From contig CAMDJM010000019.1 of NCBI GenBank assembly GCA_945900785.1, positions 1,041 to 65,040 on the forward strand: a stretch of 64,000 bases of DNA, written 5' to 3'. The notes under the pieces are model-generated. The model was given only the letters and a program-made list of their open reading frames with translations, made no database searches and was not told the origin of the DNA. Both the position numbers and the translations under genes were made by a program. Below, one piece after another: positions 46,252 through 55,603 of the stretch. Source of the stretch: Akkermansia muciniphila (lineage in GTDB: Bacteria > Verrucomicrobiota > Verrucomicrobiia > Verrucomicrobiales > V1-33). Position 1 is the first letter of the stretch. Each line of letters starts with the position of its first letter.

Positions 46252-47922
46252 TCACTTGGCATGGGTCGCCTCGGAGCACCACGACCCCACTTCCAGCGGG
46301 GTGAAGATTTTGCCGATGATGCGGCGGAGGAGGCCTTTTAAATTGGGGTTTTCGAGGTCCTGGAGGGAGCGGATGGCTTGTTCCTTGTAACGGTCGAGCA
46401 GGTCCTGGGCGTGGTTCAGGGCTTTGTCGCGGTCGCCGGCGAAGCGCTCGGTGGTGAGGCAGGCGATGAGGTTGACGGCGGGGCGGTGGGTGGCGTCAGG
46501 AGCGGCGAGCGAGGCGTCGGCGAGGTGGTCTTCAAGGTCGTCCTTGATTTGATAGGCGATACCGAGGGCTTCGCTGAAGGCGAGGAGCGGGGCTTCGTTT
46601 TCATCAAGGGCTCCGGCGTGGGCAGCGCCGAGGAGGAGGGCGACGGAGAAGGCCGGGGCGGTTTTGAGGCGAAAGATTTCGAGGATCTGGCCGCTGGTGA
46701 GTGGGCTGGGATTTTGCTGCCAGGCGAGTTCCGCGCCCTGGCCGCGGCAAAGATCCCTCTGACCGCTGGCGGCGATGCGGATGAGCGGGGCGATTTGATG
46801 GCCGGGCAGGCCGCAGTCGGCGATGAGACGATAACCTTCCCCGATGAGCAGATCACCGGCATTCAAAGCCGCAGGCAGGCCGTGGGTGGCATGCAGGGTG
46901 GCCTGGCCATAGCGGGTGGCGTCTCCGTCCTCAATGTCGTCATGGATCAGGCTGGCTTTGTGGAAGCACTCTACAGCGAGGGAGAGTTTTTGGATGGAAG
47001 GTGTGAAAGGCGCGGTGGGATCGGCGCGGAGGGCCTGGCTGACGGCGGTGGTGAGGTAGGGCCGCCAGCGGTTGCCCGGACCGGTGAGGGCTTCGCGGGC
47101 GAGGGTCTCAGCGGCACCTTCCGGGGCTCCGGCGAGGGTGGTTAGCGTTTCCGGGGTGAACCAAGTGCGGACTTCCTCATGCAGGGCGTTGAGGTTGAGG
47201 CGGCGGGTTTTGTCATCGCTGGTGAGGTGCAGGTAGTCCCAGACCCAGTCGATATCCACGGTGGTGTCGATGCAGTCGTCCTGCAGGAGGGGCACCGCGA
47301 TAGCTGGAATGGCCGCAGCTTCCACGTAAGGGAAGGTGCGTTCCAGAACGGGCAGGCAGGAAATGCCGACGATGGCTTCGATTTTCCCGGTCTGGATGAG
47401 GGACATCACGATGGCGGACCCTTCAGCCACCAGCACCGCATAACCAAGGCGCTCGGCTTCGTTTTGGAAGTCCTGGATGGTGCAAAGGCCGCATTGTTTG
47501 CACAGGAGGCCGAATTCATCGAATGGCGCCGGGCATTTGCTTTCCACCCGCAGGCACTTCGGCATGAGCAGGAGGCGGCGCTCATAGGGAATGGTGGCGA
47601 GGGATTCGCGCCAGATTTCGTTGGAAAGGAGGACGCCGGTGTAGTCGAGGTGGATGGGACCAATGCCGGTTTCCTGGACGATGCGCTGGGCGAGGATGCG
47701 GAGTTCGTCTCCGGGGATGGGAGGCACGGGTTTTTCGCGTTCCACAAAAGCGCGGATGTAAGCGAGCAGGGCATCGCGTTCCGGCTTGGTCTGCGGGATG
47801 TTTTTCTTCGGCTGGCGGAAGCGCCGCGTGGTCGGTGGCAAGGCCGGAGGCAGGGTAACTGCGACCAAAGGGACAGGCACAGAGGACGCAGGAAGGGAGA
47901 CGGCAGGGGCGGCGACGGACAT
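46252..47922 (-). CDS. DUF116-domain/polyprenyl diphosphate synthase fusion
   Basis: Cys-rich RLLLMPKCLR...CPA...CKQCGLC N-terminal domain; HDDIED...R.G, NAGD, GQ, KTA, YQIKDDLED prenyltransferase motifs. Confidence 0.8.
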   Translation of the reverse strand: MSVAAPAVSLPASSVPVPLVAVTLPPALPPTTRRFRQPKKNIPQTKPERDALLAYIRAFVEREKPVPPIPGDELRILAQRIVQETGIGPIHLDYTGVLLSNEIWRESLATIPYERRLLLMPKCLRVESKCPAPFDEFGLLCKQCGLCTIQDFQNEAERLGYAVLVAEGSAIVMSLIQTGKIEAIVGISCLPVLERTFPYVEAAAIPAIAVPLLQDDCIDTTVDIDWVWDYLHLTSDDKTRRLNLNALHEEVRTWFTPETLTTLAGAPEGAAETLAREALTGPGNRWRPYLTTAVSQALRADPTAPFTPSIQKLSLAVECFHKASLIHDDIEDGDATRYGQATLHATHGLPAALNAGDLLIGEGYRLIADCGLPGHQIAPLIRIAASGQRDLCRGQGAELAWQQNPSPLTSGQILEIFRLKTAPAFSVALLLGAAHAGALDENEAPLLAFSEALGIAYQIKDDLEDHLADASLAAPDATHRPAVNLIACLTTERFAGDRDKALNHAQDLLDRYKEQAIRSLQDLENPNLKGLLRRIIGKIFTPLEVGSWCSEATHAK

Positions 47923-48133
47923 GGGGAAAGGGGCGATTTGGGGTAGGAACGCTGGGGGACGTTACAGGGCAGCGGGGAAAATGCCAAGCTGCATTGCAGG
48001 AGACGGGAAATTGCTTGCAAAAGACGTATTCTCTGGCGGCGGCCTGTCAATAAAGCCACCCGAAGCAACCGCTTCTCCGCAAACGCAATCCATGTGGTGC
48101 TGGACACAGGCCGCCACTGGGTGCAGGCCAAGA

Positions 48134-48604
48134 TTAAATGCGGCGGGCACAGGTGCCTTTTTGGCGCAGTTCATCGCAACTGGCCTCAATGCGGATGGCG
48201 CTGGTCTCCGGCCGGAAGCCGAGGCGGCGCGTGATGCAGTCCTCCAGGAGGCTGAGGTGCAGGTCTTCAAATTCTACGACCTTTTGGCAATCAAGGCAGA
48301 TCAGGTGATTATGGTGGGGGTGGTCGACAAAATTTGGGTCATAGTAGGTTTGGTCCCGGCCGAGATCGATCTCCTTGAGCAGTCCGCTCTCCACCAGCAG
48401 GCTGAGGGTGCGGTAAAGCGTGGCCCGCGAGGCGGTGGCGTCGATTTTGCGGGCCCGCTCCCAGAGTTCCTCGGCGGTAAAGTGGTCCGTGGTATTAAAA
48501 GCCGCTTCTATAATGACGTCGCGCTGGCGGGTATGGCGCAAGCCTTTGGCAGCGATGAATTCTTCGACCCTTTCTCGGATGGCCGGACTGATGGACGAGG
48601 ACAT
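48134..48604 (-). CDS. Fur family transcriptional repressor
   Basis: GLRHTRQR, HFTAEEL, SRATLYRTL, HHNHLICLDC; metal specificity not determinable. Confidence 0.9.
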   Translation of the reverse strand: MSSSISPAIRERVEEFIAAKGLRHTRQRDVIIEAAFNTTDHFTAEELWERARKIDATASRATLYRTLSLLVESGLLKEIDLGRDQTYYDPNFVDHPHHNHLICLDCQKVVEFEDLHLSLLEDCITRRLGFRPETSAIRIEASCDELRQKGTCARRI

Positions 48605-49007
48605 GGGGTCCACCTTTATAGAGGGACGGCCTTCCCGTCAACTGCCGGAGGCCGCAATTGGCGAAAGCTGGCCAAGTCCCGTCGGTGCTCCCCGTGAAAA
48701 AGTGCTGTCAGAGAACTACGGCAGAGCCGGACGAACTACCGTTGCTTCCTTCCGGACCTGGCGGGGTTTGCCCGCCGGCACTCCATAGCCCCTGACAGCG
48801 CTTCAGCCTTGCACCGGCGGCGGAAGGAGCAAGCCGGAAATCGCCGGGCCCTGAATTTTCATGGAAATTTCAGGAAAGGAAGGAATTATCGCCGTTCGAG
48901 TAAAAATTCTTGCCTCCAAGGAGGAAATTCGTGTTGTGTTCAGGTCCGATCCTCTTTAAACAGGCGGAGAGCCCTTTTTTAAAAATCAGACCCGGACTAA
49001 AAAGATT

Positions 49008-50000
49008 ATGTGGAAGCCCCTATCGATTGTTTCAGGCGTTGCCTTGCTGGCCGCCGGTGGTATTGAATATGTCATGGTGAGACCGCAATTGATTGCGGAA
49101 AAAACCCAGTTGGCCAATGCCGGCGGCAATAAAAAGACCGCCGAGAAATCACGGACAGCCATGGAGGCCGCAGTGAAGACCTCCGAAGCCGATCTCGCGA
49201 AGGTCAAGGACAAGCTGACCACGGAAGAAAAAGCCAAGGCGGAAGCCGCCGCCAAAAAGGATGAGGTCGCCAAACTGGTGGAGGAAGCCACTGCTGCCAA
49301 GGAAGCCGCTTCGAAAGATCTCGCCGAAGTGGAGCAAAAAATGAAGGACATGGGGGGCATCGACACCATGGTCGCTGAAATGAAATCCCAGGAAGCCAAG
49401 CGCGTCGAATACGACAAGCAAATCTCCACTGCCAAATCTGAGATTGAATCTTCCCTCGCTGGCAAAGCGGTGCTCGACAAGCAGATCAGCGAAATCAAAC
49501 GCATTGATAACTGGCAACAGACCGGCACCATGGCCGCTGGCTTCCGCAGCCGTATCACCGCCGTGAACCCTGATTGGGGGTTTGTCACCATTGGAGCTGG
49601 CAACGCCGCCTCCGTCGTGCGCCAGGCAAAACTGGATGTTGTCCGCGGCAGCTCAGTCGTTGGCAAACTCATCGTTACCAGCATCTCTCCCAACTCCTCC
49701 TCTGCTGAAATCGTGCCCGGCTCCGTCGCTCCGGGAGATTCCATTCTTCCTGGCGACCAGGTCAAAACCGGCTCCGGCTCCATGCCAGGCAGCGCCCCCG
49801 CCGCTCCTGCTGCTGCGAAACCGGCTCCTGCAAAGGCTGCCACCCCGGAAGCCCCTGCTCCTGAAGGCGCGAAACCAGCCGCTGAAGCCGATCCCTTCGC
49901 CCCCGCTGCCGATACCCCTGCTGCTCCTGCCACCCCAGCCGCTGAGGCTCCGGCTGATGCGGAACCCGCCCCGGCTGTCGACCCTGCCATGACCAAATAA
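49008..50000 (+). CDS. Membrane-anchored coiled-coil protein with a C-terminal beta domain and Pro/Ala-rich tail
   Basis: N-terminal hydrophobic segment; K/E/A heptads; ITAVNPDWGFV...ILPGDQV; paralogous to the next gene. Confidence 0.8.
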   Translation: MWKPLSIVSGVALLAAGGIEYVMVRPQLIAEKTQLANAGGNKKTAEKSRTAMEAAVKTSEADLAKVKDKLTTEEKAKAEAAAKKDEVAKLVEEATAAKEAASKDLAEVEQKMKDMGGIDTMVAEMKSQEAKRVEYDKQISTAKSEIESSLAGKAVLDKQISEIKRIDNWQQTGTMAAGFRSRITAVNPDWGFVTIGAGNAASVVRQAKLDVVRGSSVVGKLIVTSISPNSSSAEIVPGSVAPGDSILPGDQVKTGSGSMPGSAPAAPAAAKPAPAKAATPEAPAPEGAKPAAEADPFAPAADTPAAPATPAAEAPADAEPAPAVDPAMTK

Positions 50001-50030
50001 GTCTCTCCACCCCCTTCCCACTATTTCCCT

Positions 50031-50816
50031 ATGAAGCTATTTGTATTCCTTGGCCTGCTTGGTTCCGTTGGAGGAGCTGCCCTCGCCTTCCTGACCCGCA
50101 CTTCTCTCGTCGACACCCGGAAGGAGAAGGACGGCTTGAACCGTGAGATCGTAGAAATCCACAAAGAAATGACTGAGAAGGCCGCGTCGATCACCGCGAC
50201 CAATCAATCAGTAACCGACACCAACACCAACGCCAAAAACGAGGCCTTGAGCACGAAGGCTCTCCTCAGCGACATCAAAGGCAAAGAAGCAGAGGTGGAA
50301 GCGGCCAAAAAAGAAACTGAGGAAATCGGGGCCAAAAAGCAGTCCATGCAGGAGGAAATCAATCGAATCCTCGGAAGCTCCGGCACCATGGAAGAGATCC
50401 TCGCGAAAAACGAACAACTGAAGAAGGACAATGATGCCAAGGTCGAGGAACTGGACAAGATCTCCAAGGAGGCCGAAGTGGCCAAAAAGGCCATCGTCGA
50501 GAGCCAAAACCTGATCACCCGCCTGAAACAACAACAGGCCACCCGTGCCAAAGCCATCTCCTTGGCCAGCCGCACTGGCACCGTTTCCGCTGTAAACCCG
50601 GATTTCGGCTTCGTCATCGTGAATCTTGGTCAAAACCAGGGCGTCAGCAGCGAGTCCCGCCTTCTTGTCAAACGCGGCAGCCAGTTGATTGGCAAGCTGA
50701 ACATCGTCCAAATCGAAGCAAACACCACGGTGGCTGATATTGCCGTGAAATCGATCACCCCTGGCTTCGAAATCCAGCCTGGCGATGAAGTGGTCTTCGA
50801 GAACAGCCCGACCTGA
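50031..50816 (+). CDS. Membrane-anchored coiled-coil protein, paralogue of 49008..50000
   Basis: N-terminal hydrophobic segment; coiled coil; VSAVNPDFGFV...IQPGDEV. Confidence 0.8.
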   Translation: MKLFVFLGLLGSVGGAALAFLTRTSLVDTRKEKDGLNREIVEIHKEMTEKAASITATNQSVTDTNTNAKNEALSTKALLSDIKGKEAEVEAAKKETEEIGAKKQSMQEEINRILGSSGTMEEILAKNEQLKKDNDAKVEELDKISKEAEVAKKAIVESQNLITRLKQQQATRAKAISLASRTGTVSAVNPDFGFVIVNLGQNQGVSSESRLLVKRGSQLIGKLNIVQIEANTTVADIAVKSITPGFEIQPGDEVVFENSPT

Positions 50817-50842
50817 TTTGCTCCCCGTTTTTTCATTTCCCT

Positions 50843-51037
50843 ATGAAGCTTCTCTGTTTATCCGCTTTAGCCTTGGCACTGGCAGGAATTTGCGCCTGCG
50901 AAAGCCCGGACGGCGGACGAAAGAAAAAACGCACCCGCCCTCCGCTTCCAGGAGAGGAAGCCAGCGAGTTGTCCTGGAGCCGGCCCACCAAATCGAGTGA
51001 GATCTCCTCACCCTTCGGGCTGCCCACCTCCAGGTAA
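50843..51037 (+). CDS. Small putative lipoprotein (64 aa)
   Basis: MK + hydrophobic core + LAGICAC lipobox-like cysteine; followed by a terminator. Confidence 0.6.
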   Translation: MKLLCLSALALALAGICACESPDGGRKKKRTRPPLPGEEASELSWSRPTKSSEISSPFGLPTSR

Positions 51038-51076
51038 TATTTGCAGGCAGGTTTCACTCCAGGCAAACCCTCCCGC

Positions 51077-51104
51077 AAAAGCCCATGGTCAGCCATGGGC
51101 TTTT
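51077..51104. terminator. Bidirectional intrinsic terminator
   Basis: AAAA-GCCCATGG-TCAG-CCATGGGC-TTTT: perfect 8-bp stem with A/T tails, between convergent genes. Confidence 0.8.
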
Positions 51105-51118
51105 CCATGTCCGGAATC

Positions 51119-52993
51119 TCAGTCGATGTAAATGAATTCGTTCAGGTTCAACATCACGCGGCATAGTTCGGGGAGGCTATGCCGGTCCAGGTATTCCTGA
51201 CAGTCAGCTTTTTCAGCCGGACGGGGCGGGCGTTGCAGGGTGAGTTGGAAAACATGGTGAATCCGGGAATCCTGGTCCTGCCCTGCCAGATCCTGAACCC
51301 GCGCGGCGAGGGCTTCGGCGGTTTGTTTGGCGAAGGGGCTATTCAGGAGGGTGAGGGCCTGGGGCGCGACCGTGGAGACGCTGCGCCGGGCGCAGGAGGT
51401 GGAGTTGTCCGGAAGATCAAAGGTCTCCAGCAGGGGCACCCGGGTATTGCGTTTTTGCACGAGGAAAATGCTGCGGGCCCCCTGCTCTGGTTCAGGCGAA
51501 GGATACCAGCCTTTGGTCTTTTCCTTGTTATCATCGAGAAAGGCAGGATTCGATTGCAGCAGATCCGGCGGCAGATCCGGCCAGACGGGAGGACCTTCTT
51601 TCTTTTCGTTCAGCAGTCCGGAAACTGCCAGCATCGCATCGCGCAATTGTTCCGCGCTGAGGCGGCGGGGCTGCCGGGTGGCAAAAGTTGCCGGGAGGCT
51701 GCCGCCGGCCTGCCGGTAGGTGGCACTCCCGAGAATGGTCCTGATCAATTGTTTTACTGACCAATTTTGCCGCATGAACTCCCCGGCCAGCCAGTCGAGC
51801 AGGGCAGGATCATGGGGGAGTTCGCCGGCGAGGCCAAAATCATTTGGAGTCGCCACCAGCGGATGTTGCATCAGACTTTGCCACAGCCGGTTCACCATAA
51901 CGCGGGAGGCGAGAGGATTTTTGGGGGCCGTGATCCAACGGGCCAAGGCAAGGCGACGGCCGGAACTCTGTGCATTCGGAGGGGTTGGAATCTCAGCTGC
52001 GTTGGGATCCAATGCCGAGAGAAACCCGGGGGACACCCGCTCCCCGGCGGTTTTGTAATTCCCCTGCTGCAGGATGTGGGTCACCGGTATATCCTGTGCC
52101 GCGTCCCGCATTTGGAAGTTATCAGTAAAGGTCACTGGAGCAAAAAAGGCCCGCAGCCGGTAATGATCGGCTTGGATCAGCGGATCATATTTGTGATCAT
52201 GGCAACGGCAGCAGCTCATCGTCAGGCCGAGAAAGCCGCTGCCGGTCGTTTGCGTCAGATCCGTCAGCAATTCGTCGCGGGCGCGGTCCTGCTCATTGAA
52301 AGCGGCCGCTGAATTGTCCCATGGCCCCAGCCGCAGGAAGCCGGTGGCGATTTGAAATTCCGACGCCTGAGGTCCGGATAGGGTGTCGTTGGCCAGCTCA
52401 TCCCCCGCGAGTTGCTCGGTGATGAATTGATCGTATGGCTTGTCAGCATTGAAGGCGCGGATCACGTAATCGCGGTAGCGGTAGGCCAGCGGACGGAACT
52501 CATCCCAGTCGAAGCCATTGCTGTCGCTGTAGCGGACTACATCCAGCCACAGACGGGCGAAGTGCACGCCAAAGTGGGGAGACGCCAGCAGCTCCCCGGT
52601 CAGGACGGAGGCGGCCGCAGCCAGGCCGTCGCTGTCCGCCTTTGCCAAAAATTCAGCCATCTGACCCACCGTGGGGGGCAGTCCGCTCAGATCGAAATAC
52701 AGGCGCCGGGCGAGGGTGCGGGCGTCGGCTGCGGATGGGGCAGGGAGTGACCGGGCCTTCAAATACGTCAGGATCAGCCGGTCAATTTCCAGGCTCTGCC
52801 TGCCTTCATGAGGTTCATCCGGGAGCACTGGAGGGGTTACCGGTTTGAGGGACCAGAGGTCCAGCCTTTGCCCGCGGAAACTGACCACCACGGGATTCCG
52901 CGCATCGGACCAAGCGTCGCCAATCCTTTCGGGCATCTCACTGGCGGGGAGGCCTGACGCAGTGCTCATCAACAAAATCAGGATCCATTTCAT
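51119..52993 (-). CDS. DUF1549/DUF1553 (PSCyt2/PSD1) protein
   Basis: LARRLYFDLSGLPP, WLDVVRYSDSNG, FNADKPYDQFITEQLAGD, CCRCHDHKYDP, NPLASRVMVNRLWQ, QALTLLN. Confidence 0.9.
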   Translation of the reverse strand: MKWILILLMSTASGLPASEMPERIGDAWSDARNPVVVSFRGQRLDLWSLKPVTPPVLPDEPHEGRQSLEIDRLILTYLKARSLPAPSAADARTLARRLYFDLSGLPPTVGQMAEFLAKADSDGLAAAASVLTGELLASPHFGVHFARLWLDVVRYSDSNGFDWDEFRPLAYRYRDYVIRAFNADKPYDQFITEQLAGDELANDTLSGPQASEFQIATGFLRLGPWDNSAAAFNEQDRARDELLTDLTQTTGSGFLGLTMSCCRCHDHKYDPLIQADHYRLRAFFAPVTFTDNFQMRDAAQDIPVTHILQQGNYKTAGERVSPGFLSALDPNAAEIPTPPNAQSSGRRLALARWITAPKNPLASRVMVNRLWQSLMQHPLVATPNDFGLAGELPHDPALLDWLAGEFMRQNWSVKQLIRTILGSATYRQAGGSLPATFATRQPRRLSAEQLRDAMLAVSGLLNEKKEGPPVWPDLPPDLLQSNPAFLDDNKEKTKGWYPSPEPEQGARSIFLVQKRNTRVPLLETFDLPDNSTSCARRSVSTVAPQALTLLNSPFAKQTAEALAARVQDLAGQDQDSRIHHVFQLTLQRPPRPAEKADCQEYLDRHSLPELCRVMLNLNEFIYID

Positions 52994-54438
52994 ACAAAAA
53001 CCTCCTTGATGATTTCAGCCTGCCCGGCCACTCCAGTAAGCCGTTCCTGCCGGCCATTGGAGTCAAAAAACAGGCTGCTGTGATTGAGTCCGAGCAGTTG
53101 AAGAATGGTGGCATGGAGGTCATGCACGGGCAAGGGCCGTTCGATGGCCTGGTAACCGACTTCATCCGTGGCTCCGATGCGTTGACCGGGTTTTACCCCG
53201 CCGCCGGCCATCCAAATCGTGAATCCTGCAGCATTGTGATTGCGGCCGCCGTCTCCCTGCATGATGGGGGTGCGGCCGAACTCGCTAGCCCAGATCACGA
53301 GGGTTTCGTCCAGCATGCCGCTTTGTTTCAGGTCCTTGAGCAGGGCCGCGATGGGCTGGTCGGTCCAGCGGGCCCGGGGGGTGTGGTTGTCCGCCAGCTT
53401 GGCGTGGGCGTCCCAGCCGTCCTTGTCAGGCATGTCGTAGAGTTGCACAAAACGGACCCCGCGCTCCACGAGGCGGCGGGCCATGAGACACTTCCGGCCA
53501 AAATTCCGGGTTCGCTCCTCTTCATGCTCCAGCCCATAGTCACGTTGCAGGGCTGGGGATTCCTTTTCCAATCCTCCCACTTCCATCGCCGACGATTGCA
53601 TCCGGTAGGCCAGTTCATAACTGGCGACGCGCGCGTCCAGTTCCGTGAGGCCGGGGCGGTCCCGGCGATGGTCCAAATTCAATTTTTGCAGCAGGTCCAG
53701 GGAAGCACGTTGCCCGGTGGCGAATTCCTCCGGCGGCATCAGGTCCAGCACCGGCACCCCCTTGTCGCGGAGCCGGGTGGGCTGGAACGCTGCCGGCAAA
53801 AATCCATTGCCGTAATTCGCCGCACCGCCGAGGGGACCGGCATCATAAAGCACCACATAGCTGGGCAGATTGTGGTTCAGGGTGCCCAGCCCATAGGTGG
53901 TCCACGATCCCAGACTGGCCTTGCCGGCCCGGATGTCGCCGGTGTGCATTTGATAACTGGCCGGGGCATGGTTATTGGAATCCGCCTGCATGGAGTGGAT
54001 GAAACAAAGCTGGTCCACCTGCTCAGCTACTTTGGGAAAGAGTTCACTCACCCACATGCCGGACTGGCCGTATTGCTTCCATTGATAGGGGCTGCCCAGG
54101 ATTTCATCCTTGCAGCCGTGCAGCACATTGGCCTGTTTTGTTGCCAGAATGGACTGGCGGATGCTGTCAGGGAGCTTTTGGCCGTGGAGCTTTTGCAAAG
54201 TGGGTTTGTAGTCAAAGGTATCCATCTGCGATGGCCCGCCCACCATGTAGAGAAAGATCACCGACTTTGCCCGGGCCGGGAAATCCGGTATCCGGGGGGC
54301 CACCGGCAGCAAGGGATCCATGGCGCGGCCGCGCCCTGCCAGGGCTTCCTGCTGGAGGAGGGCTTGCAAGGCCACGCCTCCAAATCCCATACCCAATTTT
54401 CCAAGGAAGCGGCGTCGGTTGAGGAAAAAATGTCTCAT
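52990..54438 (-). CDS. DUF1501 domain protein (Tat-exported)
   Basis: NRRRFL Tat motif; AKSVIFLYMVGGPSQMDTFDYKP; ARRLVERGVRFVQ; WDAH; SEFGRTP; DLHATIL. Confidence 0.9.
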   Translation of the reverse strand: MRHFFLNRRRFLGKLGMGFGGVALQALLQQEALAGRGRAMDPLLPVAPRIPDFPARAKSVIFLYMVGGPSQMDTFDYKPTLQKLHGQKLPDSIRQSILATKQANVLHGCKDEILGSPYQWKQYGQSGMWVSELFPKVAEQVDQLCFIHSMQADSNNHAPASYQMHTGDIRAGKASLGSWTTYGLGTLNHNLPSYVVLYDAGPLGGAANYGNGFLPAAFQPTRLRDKGVPVLDLMPPEEFATGQRASLDLLQKLNLDHRRDRPGLTELDARVASYELAYRMQSSAMEVGGLEKESPALQRDYGLEHEEERTRNFGRKCLMARRLVERGVRFVQLYDMPDKDGWDAHAKLADNHTPRARWTDQPIAALLKDLKQSGMLDETLVIWASEFGRTPIMQGDGGRNHNAAGFTIWMAGGGVKPGQRIGATDEVGYQAIERPLPVHDLHATILQLLGLNHSSLFFDSNGRQERLTGVAGQAEIIKEVFV

Positions 54439-54509
54439 TTGCGTTATTTTAAATGATCGGCTTTCGGTTTCGCCACGAAAGCAGAATCGGCGGGGAAAGT
54501 GCTTCGATC

Positions 54510-54824
54510 TCAGGGTTCGGCTGCGACAACCTTGTCGGCCAACCGGGCGACGAGTTCGTCATCAAACACATGGCGGTCCCGGGACCGGTCCCGCAAATAA
54601 GCCAGCGCCTCATAGCGTGCGACACCGAACGCCCACTTCCGAAAATTCCGGGCTTCCTCAAATCCGCCGATTTTTTCCCAAACGACAACCGCGACATCCT
54701 GCATCACCTCGGACGCATCTGCACGGGTCGGAACCAAAGAGCGCACAAACATGCGCAACGCCGGTTCGTGCTCGGTAAAGAGCCTCAAAAACTGGCGGTT
54801 TTGATCGTCACTCTGCAAATGCAT
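54510..54824 (-). pseudogene. Truncated ECF sigma factor (Rhodopirellula/Verrucomicrobium type): region 2 only, region 4 missing
   Basis: FLRLFTEHE, DASEVMQD, WEK, NFRKWAFGVAR, RDRHVFDDELV, then a stop at 104 aa; only ~70 nt remain before the DUF1501 start and no HTH is seen in them. Confidence 0.7.
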
Positions 54825-54955
54825 CTCCCCCTATATCTCCGGATCCGCGTCCCATTTACCAGGTAATTTTTGATTCTTCTGAATGACCGCACGCGAAACC
54901 ACTTTGACGATGCCCCGAAATGCCTGATCCGGATGGAATTTAGAGGATATCAGTC

Positions 54956-55038
54956 CGAATCCATCAAGCTGGAAAAGACATTTAGGGTATTTTTCCAGAG
55001 AACCCATTCGCGTTTATTCGCGTTCATTGGCGGTTAAA
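54956..55038. repeat. Palindromic repeat copy 1 (left arm truncated); overlaps the 3' end of the GxxExxY gene
   Basis: CGAATCCATCAAGCTGGAAAAG...TTCCAGAGAA.CCATTCGCGTT.ATTCGCGTTCATTGGCGGTTAAA, shared with copies 2 and 3. Confidence 0.9.
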
Positions 55039-55427
55039 CCTGCTTCCAAAATGACCCGTTTCACTTCGAGTTTGGCGTGCTTGAAGTTGATGATAAGGCC
55101 GAGCGGGAGGCCGGTCACGCGCAGGTAGTTGAGCATCTGAGCCAGTTCGTAGTCAGTGATGCGGTCGATTGTTTTCGTGTCCACGATGATGCTGCCGTGA
55201 AGGATGAGGTCAGGAATGAACTCGCCGACGCGGCAGCCTTTGTAATCGACGGGGAAGCGCGGCTGTTGGTCGTAAGAGATTTTGCGGAGGCGGCATTCCA
55301 CCACCAATGCGTTCTCGTAAATTTTTTCGTTCAGGCCGTTTCCGATCGTGTTGTGCACTTCCATGGCGGCTCCGGTGATGGCATAAACTTCATCTTTGAA
55401 AAGTAGTGGTTTTGGGAAAAAGGCCAT
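55014..55427 (-). CDS. GxxExxY protein (PD-(D/E)XK-like fold)
   Basis: AMEVHNTIGNGLNEKIYENAL; Q.RFPVDYKG..VGEFIPDLI; AQMLNYLR...GLIINF. Confidence 0.9.
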   Translation of the reverse strand: MAFFPKPLLFKDEVYAITGAAMEVHNTIGNGLNEKIYENALVVECRLRKISYDQQPRFPVDYKGCRVGEFIPDLILHGSIIVDTKTIDRITDYELAQMLNYLRVTGLPLGLIINFKHAKLEVKRVILEAGLTANERE

Positions 55428-55547
55428 GCGTTTTTTAATTAACCGCCAATGAACGCCAATGAACGCGAATCCATCAAGCTGGAAAGGGCTTTTGTGGGAT
55501 TTTCCAGAGAATCCATTCGCGTTGATTCGCGTTCATTGGCGGTTAAA
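55422..55547. repeat. Palindromic repeat copy 2 (~126 bp, with a 108-bp hairpin)
   Basis: Perfect 18-bp inverted repeat TTAACCGCCAATGAACGC (55439-56) / GCGTTCATTGGCGGTTAA (55529-46), inner CTGGAAA...TTTCCAG stem; contains the GxxExxY start codon. Confidence 0.9.
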
Positions 55548-55603
55548 TCCTGCCATTTTTCTTTTTCGTCCCTGAAAAGCAGGGACTTGCGGAAGTCGGC
55601 CAT
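55548..55603 (-). pseudogene. Internally deleted remnant of a second GxxExxY cassette
   Basis: Reads MADFRKSLLFRDE-KEK-WQD(LTANERE) versus the intact MAFFPKPLLFKDE...EAG(LTANERE). Confidence 0.65.

Noticed and set aside
49790-49990. GCTCCTGC-type repeats
   Set aside because: They encode a Pro/Ala low-complexity tail and are not an independent element
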